Source: Wallemia ichthyophaga EXF-994
Taxonomy: Eukaryota > Fungi > Basidiomycota
Assembly: GCF_000400465.1 (NCBI RefSeq)
Contig: NW_008806280.1
Span: forward strand, 1 to 32,000
Direction of reading: 5' to 3'
Length of the DNA: 32,000 bases
The first letter of the stretch is position 1; every line of letters starts with the position of its first letter. Below the pieces are notes generated by a model. The model did no database searches, was not told the DNA's origin, and worked only from the letters and a program-made list of their open reading frames with translations. Positions 25,173 to 32,000 of this stretch are shown here, piece after piece. The translations under genes and the position numbers were made by a program.

Positions 25173-25820
25173 ATGTTCACCGAGGAAATAAAAACACTTA
25201 AGAGACTCGGTTTCAGGCATTGCTTGTTGCAGGCCTTATCCTTTGCCAGTGTGATATGTACCGCACTCGCCGTTTACAAAGGATTAGGCGTGGTGATGAA
25301 CACCGAGTCACCGATCGTTGTAGTCTTATCGTAGGCGGCGTATCTAGCAGCGTGATACAACCTCTCACTCCTCTCCTCCAGCGAATCCATGGAACCTGCC
25401 TTCGCGCGTGGCGATATCCTCTTCTTATACCATCCACCCGTGCAGCAGCCCATCGATATTGGAGAAATTACCGTCTACAAGCTACCAAACACTGACATAC
25501 CAATCGTGCACAGAGTCATCGATCATCATTTGGATGTGGGGCTTGAGACAGAGAAAATTCTCACCAAAGGCGATAATAACCCCGGAGACGATATCGTGTT
25601 GTATCGCGGACCCAAATGGCTCAGAAGAGATCAGATTGTGGGCAAGGTTATAGGTTATATTCCTTATGCGGGCTATATCACGATATTGATGGTATGTGCT
25701 TTGTTTGAGGTGATGGCAGTGACACTAACACTAACACACACATCCCAGAATGACCATCCTAATATTAAATACGCTGGTATTGCGCTTATGGCCGCTTTTG
25801 TCATGTTAAAGAGGGAGTAG
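25173..25820 (+). CDS. SEC11: Signal peptidase complex catalytic subunit Sec11, 3 exons
   Basis: [25 protein letters not shown] and LTKGDNN..DD (Ser-His-Asp), plus a C-terminal TM segment. Confidence 0.95.
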
Positions 25821-26043
25821 CTGTTTATTTATGCATGTATTTCATTCGAGTTAGGTGCAGAATGCATGAGGAATGTTGGGTGCCATGTACCAGGTATTAT
25901 AAACCATATCCACACAGCCTATGCAATAAACACTTTGCATACGTCACAAAACCCACGTTCAGCAGGCTGCAGCACGTGCGTCTGACTCGCTAAACCACTT
26001 GCGCACGTATTGATACACACGACAACCAACGCAACGCACAAGA

Positions 26044-27138
26044 ATGCAGCAAAAGAATCCATTACGACACACGCTATTCGCAGTCAGCGCACTCATGGTC
26101 GCGCTAACCGCGAGTCCTGTGCGCCCACCTCTAGATATACAAGCGCATCGCGGAGGACGTGGGAGTACAGTGGAGAACACACTTCCCAGCTTCGCATATG
26201 GCGCCATCAGCGGAGCCAACACGCTCGAGCTAGATTTCGGAGTGACAAAGGATGGATATGGGGTGGTGTGGCATGACGAGTATGTGATGCCGTCGAAATG
26301 TCTCGATACAGCGCCTGTCGTTGAGGAAGATTCCATGTGGCCATACGTAGGGAAACACATTGCGAATCTCACTCTCGCACAGATCAAGACACTCGATTGC
26401 GGTAGTCTGCGTCAGAGCGACTTTCCAATACAGGAGACTTACCCTGGCACTAAACTGTCTACTCTAGACGAACTGTTTGAGTTTGTTGCGTGTTTTGATA
26501 AGTCGGGCGACATTCAATTTAACGTTGAAACAAAGATCAACGCTGCACGAACCAACTCCACAAGAGATCCCCTTACTTTTGTTGAGGTGCTCTTGGATAG
26601 CATCGATAAGCACCATCTAGGCACGCGCATCACCCACCAAAGCTTCGATTGGCGGGCTTTGCAGATATCGAAGCATCTCAGACCACATCTCAAGACTAGC
26701 GCACTGTATGACGTAACAACAGCAACAAACAATTCAGCGTGGCTGGGTGATGGGGATATTACAGGTATAGAAGATTACAACGGACTTCCCCCTGCCACTG
26801 CAGCTGCTTTGATAGCAAGGGAAATAGACTCAGATATGATATCACCTGCGGAAATAACCACCAACAGCTCATCGACGCTGTCCTCACCGGAGTATCACCC
26901 ATTCCTCACAGAGGAGGTCGTTCATGTGGCACACGACTTGGATATGCTCGTCAAGCCATGGACGGTGGATACACTCAATGTCGTAGACGAGATGTATGGC
27001 TGGGGCGTTGATGGGATTATAACCGACTGGCCACATCAACTTGTCAGATGGGCTGAGCTGAACAAACTCAACACTGCACGCAAGTTTGATCATCATGTTG
27101 TAAACCAGTGTCTCGCGGAACACAACCAGCTTGTATAA
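26044..27138 (+). CDS. Glycerophosphodiester phosphodiesterase (GDPD family), probably secreted, intronless
   Basis: Hydrophobic N-terminus; QAHRGGRG..ENT, LELD, VWHD, FNVETK, QSFDW, PWTVD and GVDGIITD. Confidence 0.92.
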   Translation: MQQKNPLRHTLFAVSALMVALTASPVRPPLDIQAHRGGRGSTVENTLPSFAYGAISGANTLELDFGVTKDGYGVVWHDEYVMPSKCLDTAPVVEEDSMWPYVGKHIANLTLAQIKTLDCGSLRQSDFPIQETYPGTKLSTLDELFEFVACFDKSGDIQFNVETKINAARTNSTRDPLTFVEVLLDSIDKHHLGTRITHQSFDWRALQISKHLRPHLKTSALYDVTTATNNSAWLGDGDITGIEDYNGLPPATAAALIAREIDSDMISPAEITTNSSSTLSSPEYHPFLTEEVVHVAHDLDMLVKPWTVDTLNVVDEMYGWGVDGIITDWPHQLVRWAELNKLNTARKFDHHVVNQCLAEHNQLV

Positions 27139-27208
27139 GTATCTAATCTAGTTATTTTGCTATTGGGAATATCTATACTTTGAGTGTCGCTTTGTCACTG
27201 TTGTCACT

Positions 27209-28616
27209 CTAACTCACCTCCTCCACTTGCCTCCGTCTCACTCTCTCGCCAAGTGTCCGTTTGAGCTTATCCAAATTAACCTCATGTTTCGCTGAAATAG
27301 GTATGATGGTAGTAGACGGATCGAGAGTGCCGCCCTCGATTAAACACTGCACACCATCTGTAAACTGCGAGAGACGGTGTTTGGCTTGTGCATTCTGCTG
27401 CTCATCACCACCCAGTAAATCAGCCTTGTTTGCGACAATCACCGTCCCAGCCCTGGCCAGACCGCTTTTGTACTCGTTCAGTTCGTGTATCAGGGTGTGC
27501 AAGTGTGTGAGGGGGTGAAGTGAGGAAAGATCGACAACAAACACGAGCACGAGAGCGCGCTCGACACTGCGCAGGAAAGTGTGTCCGAGGCCCTTGTTGA
27601 GCGCCGCATCAGCAATCAGGCCGGGGTTATCGAGGATAGTGAATCTGTGCGAGGGTGTGAGTGCATCTTTAGCGCCCTCACCTTCACCCTCACCGTCAGC
27701 ACCGACGACACCAATCTCAGGCTTGAGCGTCGTGAAGGCGTAGTTGGCGACTTTGGTCTTGGAGCTGGTGATAGCAGCGAGGATGCTGCTCTTGCCTGCA
27801 TTCGGCAGTCCCACCAGTCCGACATGAGCGAGAAGCTTCATTTCGAGACTCAGCTTGACATGTCCACCCGGCTGGCCTTTGCGGGCGAACTTGGGTGACC
27901 TGTGTTGATGGGTGACGAAAGCGGGGTTGCCGACACCGCCGAGACCACCTGAGACGATGAGATGAGGGGACTTATCATCGGATATATCCACTTCGAGTGC
28001 GTGCTCCTGCTCGTGCTGTGGGTTATAGCGTTTCAGCTGCAGATTTTCACTCCTACGCAATTCTTTGTCGGCGTCGAGGAAGAGAGGGTGGGTGGAATTA
28101 GCCTCCTCCATGCCTGGATAGTGTAGCCAAGCCCTGTCTCTACGCAATTGCGTGAGTGTGTCTTCGTCTTGGCTGCAGTTCCTGTCTTCGCGCGGCGGAG
28201 GCGCACACCGCCACAGCTCGCGGATAACGGTGCCTGGGGGGATATCGATGACTGTATCAGCCCCACGCTTGCCTAAACGGCCATCCCCGCTGCCTGATGC
28301 GCCGTTGGCAGCGCGGATCTTGGATGGGATCGTGTGGAGGCTGTTCAGTTTGGCGTTGGGGGAGAAAGTCACAGAGCCACCAGAACCACCTGAGCCACCG
28401 CTGTTGAGTGCGTTCAGCAGACACTCTCCACACCATCCAAACCACTCACGTCGGCGGCCCTAATCCCGTAGGCGTCTTGGTGAAGGCAACAGCGCCGTTG
28501 CCGCCAGCGCCCGCCTTAACGTCGACGACGTGGAAATCTTGGAATCTTTTATGACGTCGCTTGCCATCGACTCGCAGTCTTATCGCAGCTTCGTTGAGCG
28601 TCTTGCGTAGCGTCAT
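27209..28616 (-). CDS. MTG2: Obg-family mitochondrial GTPase Mtg2, 2 exons
   Basis: Gly-rich Obg fold (AGAGGNG, GGSGGSGG, GGLGGVGN), G1 GLPNAGKSS, G2 YAFTTL, G3 DNPG, G4 NKAD, G5 SAK; intron 28401-28449. Confidence 0.92.
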
Positions 28617-28644
28617 CGGCGATCGTTGCAAGTGAACGTTGAAG

Positions 28645-30645
28645 ATGAAGGAAACAAATAAAAATAAAATCCAGCAATTCTCACCAATCAGATTGCAGAT
28701 CTACAAAGAATTCTGGCACGCACTTTCTTCTTTCAAGCTCAACACCCAGCGGCTGGATGACGCACCGATACCAGTCCACGCAGGTTTCAACGCAGGCAGG
28801 GCGATCATCGATAACAACACCGGCGACGTCATTGATACCCCGGCATCCCTCCTCCTCGACGGTCTTGGCGGTGTCGACGGCGTCCCTCTCAGCTACGCGG
28901 CGCACGGCCACGTCCACAACATGAACACCATCGAGGATTTCAAGCGCTGCGATAAGACAGCTCTCTTCAACTCCACCCTTGACTCCATCAAGCTGGCCAA
29001 ATCCGTTGACGATTTGATCCGCTTCCTCCTCATCTCCTTCTCAGACATGAAAAAATTCACTTTTCACTACCTCGCAGCGACCCCTGCGGTGATTGATGGG
29101 GGTGCACCGTGGCTGGGGAGCATGGCTGGGTGCGATGCTGCTCTGGCACGCGAAATACAGAGTGTCCAGCCGGCAGGACAGTGGTGTTGGATTGTTCGCA
29201 GGGCAGATGACGGTGTGCTGAGTGGTGCATCTGTTGATGAGTGGGAGGTGTTCCATCGCGACACTCACTCACAGTCACACACTCACAACCACACTCCCAC
29301 CATCGCCTTCATCGACCCCTCCTCAGGCCACGCGCCCGGATGGCCACTGCGCAATCTCCTCTACTACATCTGCACACGCTTCGGTGCGCGCAAAGTTGAC
29401 GTCTTTGCCAGCAGAAACACACATTCTCTCTACGGCACGCTGACCACCGATGCACGCGCGTACGAGCAAGTAAGTGGGGTGGGATGGGAGAAAAACAGCT
29501 CCACGCATAAGATATCTCCACAGACAATCGACCTGAGTGCCTCACTCGATCCAACCAAACTCGCCGACCAGGCGGTAGAACTTAATCTCAAGTTGATGAA
29601 ATGGCGCATACTCCCCTCGCTCGATCTGGACGTGATCGGTGGGCAGCGCTGTTTGCTGCTGGGGGCGGGTACGCTTGGATGTTATGTCGCACGCGGGTTG
29701 ATGGCGTGGGGTGTGAGACACATCACCTTGGTTGACAGCGGCACAGTCAGCTATAGCAACCCTGTCAGGCAGCCGCTGTTCGAATTCGAGGACTGCGCAG
29801 AGGGCGGGAAGCCCAAGGCGGAGTGTGCGGCGGAGCGCTTACGTAGGATTTACCCAGGCGTACAGGCATGCGGTGTGCAGTTGAGCATTCCTATGCCAGG
29901 TCACCCCTTCCCAACCTCCAGCAAGGCGCGTGTGGAGAGCGAGGTTCACCGCCTTGATGCGCTCATCGATCAGCATGACTCCATATTTCTCCTCACTGAC
30001 TCCCGCGAGAGCAGATGGCTGCCAACTCTGTTAGGCAAGGCGCGCAACAAGGTGGGTTGGAATTGGAGCGTAGTTTGGAAAACACCCTAACACGCACCAC
30101 AGACGGTCATAAACGCCGCACTGGGATTCGACAGCTATCTCGTAATGCGTCATGGCACACCGGTCAACAAACTCGGTTGCTACTACTGTAACGATATAGT
30201 CGCACCAACAGACTCACTAAGTGATCGGACACTAGACCAGATGTGCACGGTCACCAGACCGGGTGTGGCGCCTATAGCTGCTGCTACTGCCGTCGAGATG
30301 CTGACATCACTCCTGCAACATCCACAGCAGAAGCATGTGGGGAGTACTCGTGCTGGTGGTGATCATGTGCACACCGATGAATCACTCCTCGGCGTTACTC
30401 CTCATCAAATTCGCGGCCAGCTCGGTCGGTTTGATAACGTGCAAATCACTGGCATGGCTTTCGACCGCTGCACGGCCTGCTCGGATGTCATCCAGGATGC
30501 ATACCACACCCAAGGGATGGAGATGATCAGCAGGGCTATCAACGATAGTGACTACCTCGTCAATATCAGTGGTCTGTCAGATTTATATAAAGCTTCAGAA
30601 GATGCAATCAAGGATATAACAATAGAGAGTGAGGATGAGTTTTGA
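28645..30645 (+). CDS. ATG7: Autophagy E1-like activating enzyme Atg7, 2 exons
   Basis: NTIEDFK, PGWPLRN, LNLKLMKWRI, GAGTLGC, SNPVRQ, DSRESRWLP, GCYYCND and catalytic LDQMCTVTRPG; intron 30052-30102. Confidence 0.97.
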
Positions 30646-30660
30646 TCAATCCACCCAAAA

Positions 30661-31231
30661 TCACTCCAATCTTAATATCAAGTGGACACCAGAATCAGTA
30701 TCGATGATGTCAGATAACTGTAAGACACCAATGTTAAACGAGGCATCTTCGAATGGTTTCTGCATCTGACCACGGCTGAATCTACCCAAGTCACCGCCTT
30801 TAGCGTGAGAGGAGCAGTCAGAGTGTTCGTGTGCGAGTTTCGAGAAGACGGCGGCGAGTTCATGAGCGTGGTACTGCGAGAGGGTTGATTGCAGCTCTCT
30901 CAGCTGAGCGAGGGCTTCTTCCTTTGAGCGAGTAATGTTAGCCTGTGGGTGGTGTTAGCGTGCGTGCTGCTGATACTTCCTACACTCTCACCTCCTTCCA
31001 GCTCGAAGGCCTTCTTGACTTGTTGTGCTTGATGAGAAGGTGCGACGCGCGTACTTTTTGTGGCGCTTCACCTGCGCCACCCGCACCACCCGCCAACAAC
31101 TCATATCCAGCCAGCGACTTGATTTCTTCCTGAGTTAGATTCCCCGGTGCCTCCCAGACGCTCTCCCTCGTCTCCGAATTAAAGAAATATGGCTGCTGGC
31201 GTGAGTTTGAGAATTTAATCGTCCACGTCAT
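30661..31231 (-). CDS. ESS1: Parvulin peptidyl-prolyl isomerase Ess1/Pin1, 2 exons
   Basis: WW domain (WTIKFS..PYFFN..SVWEAP), ASHLLIKH..SRRPSSW, SDCSS..GGDLG, QMQKPFE and SGVHLI; intron 30943-30991. Confidence 0.96.
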
Positions 31232-31321
31232 TTTGCAATGATGTCACGAGCCAAGGCAACTAGGCAACATTTGTTTCATTTAGGATAAAAAATTAAATTA
31301 TTACAAATTTCACTTATTCTC

Positions 31322-32000
31322 TTAGGACGTCATGTAAGTTGAGGCTTCAAGAGTCTCTGGGAGCTCTGGAATTGCAACCTCGAATCTGGACTGGATTGCT
31401 TTGAGTACATTGTCATCGTCCTCAGTAGAAACGAAAGTGATTGCTAGACCCTTTGTACCGAATCTACCTGCTCTACCTACTCTGTGAAGGTATGAGTCGG
31501 CATCTGTTGGTGTATCGTAGTTGACGACAATGTTTACTCTCTCAACATCGATACCTCTACCAAAGATATCAGTTGCAACCAAGATTCTAGACTCAAACTG
31601 CTTGAATTTGGTGTACCTCGCAATTCTCTCGTCTTGGCTCATTCTAGAGTGTATGCAAATTGATGGGAAGTTGCACTCTCTAAGTAATTTGTCTAGTTCG
31701 TTAGCTCTGAGTGTTGATTTAACAAAGATGACGACTTGGTTGAAGTCGAGGCTATCGAGGAGATCGTTCAGCTTGCGATTCTTTGTTGATTCAGATAACT
31801 TCACATAGTGCTGTTGTAAGCCGTGCAATGTAAGTTTAGTTTCATCGTCGACGTAGATTTCCAGTGGAGATTGCATGAATTTTTTGCAGACTGGTCTAAT
31901 TTCTTTCGAGAGGGTGGCACTAAACATCATGACCTGCTTGTGATGTGGTGTAGCTTTGAATATTTCCTGTACATCCCTTCTCATATCCAATTGATCGAGC
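31322..32000 (-). CDS. SUB2: DEAD-box (DECD) RNA helicase Sub2/UAP56, 3' part only (runs off the window)
   Basis: [41 protein letters not shown] and [13 protein letters not shown]. Confidence 0.96.
   Translation of the reverse strand, partial: LDQLDMRRDVQEIFKATPHHKQVMMFSATLSKEIRPVCKKFMQSPLEIYVDDETKLTLHGLQQHYVKLSESTKNRKLNDLLDSLDFNQVVIFVKSTLRANELDKLLRECNFPSICIHSRMSQDERIARYTKFKQFESRILVATDIFGRGIDVERVNIVVNYDTPTDADSYLHRVGRAGRFGTKGLAITFVSTEDDDNVLKAIQSRFEVAIPELPETLEASTYMTS

Noticed and set aside
25320-25400. SEC11 SESMEP instead of SGSMEP
   Set aside because: The catalytic Ser, His and Asp are intact, and I recall this variant in other fungi.

Overview
This is a gene-dense, intron-rich fungal chromosome segment. 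The proteins look basidiomycete, and the ~45-55 nt introns and extreme compaction suggest Wallemia (inference, not verified). I reconstructed 21 spliced protein-coding genes by hand: ketopantoate reductase, TOP2, ATP12, NCP1/CPR, RRS1, a GT71 mannosyltransferase, a class I glutamine amidotransferase-like protein, GCN5, THO1/SARNP, PAC4, a DPB3-like histone-fold protein, a multicopper oxidase, a homeodomain TF, YPT6, an orphan, SEC11, a GDPD, MTG2, ATG7, ESS1 and the 3' part of SUB2. There is also one candidate 60-aa microprotein. I saw no RNA genes, transposons or CRISPR arrays, and no new multi-gene pathway; this is mostly housekeeping DNA. The notable signals are architectural. (1) Divergent start codons lie only 5-72 bp apart and convergent stops 15-22 bp apart. 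(2) A triple MCB-like cluster for TOP2 appears to be hidden in the last intron of ATP12. (3) GTGGGT is the commonest splice donor (13 of 46 introns by manual count). (4) GCN5 has a degenerate PCAF-N-like module. (5) The homeodomain protein carries five PKA sites, as in Hom2. (6) An orphan gene has a possible alternative intron. Exon boundaries and counts are manual and need RNA-seq confirmation.
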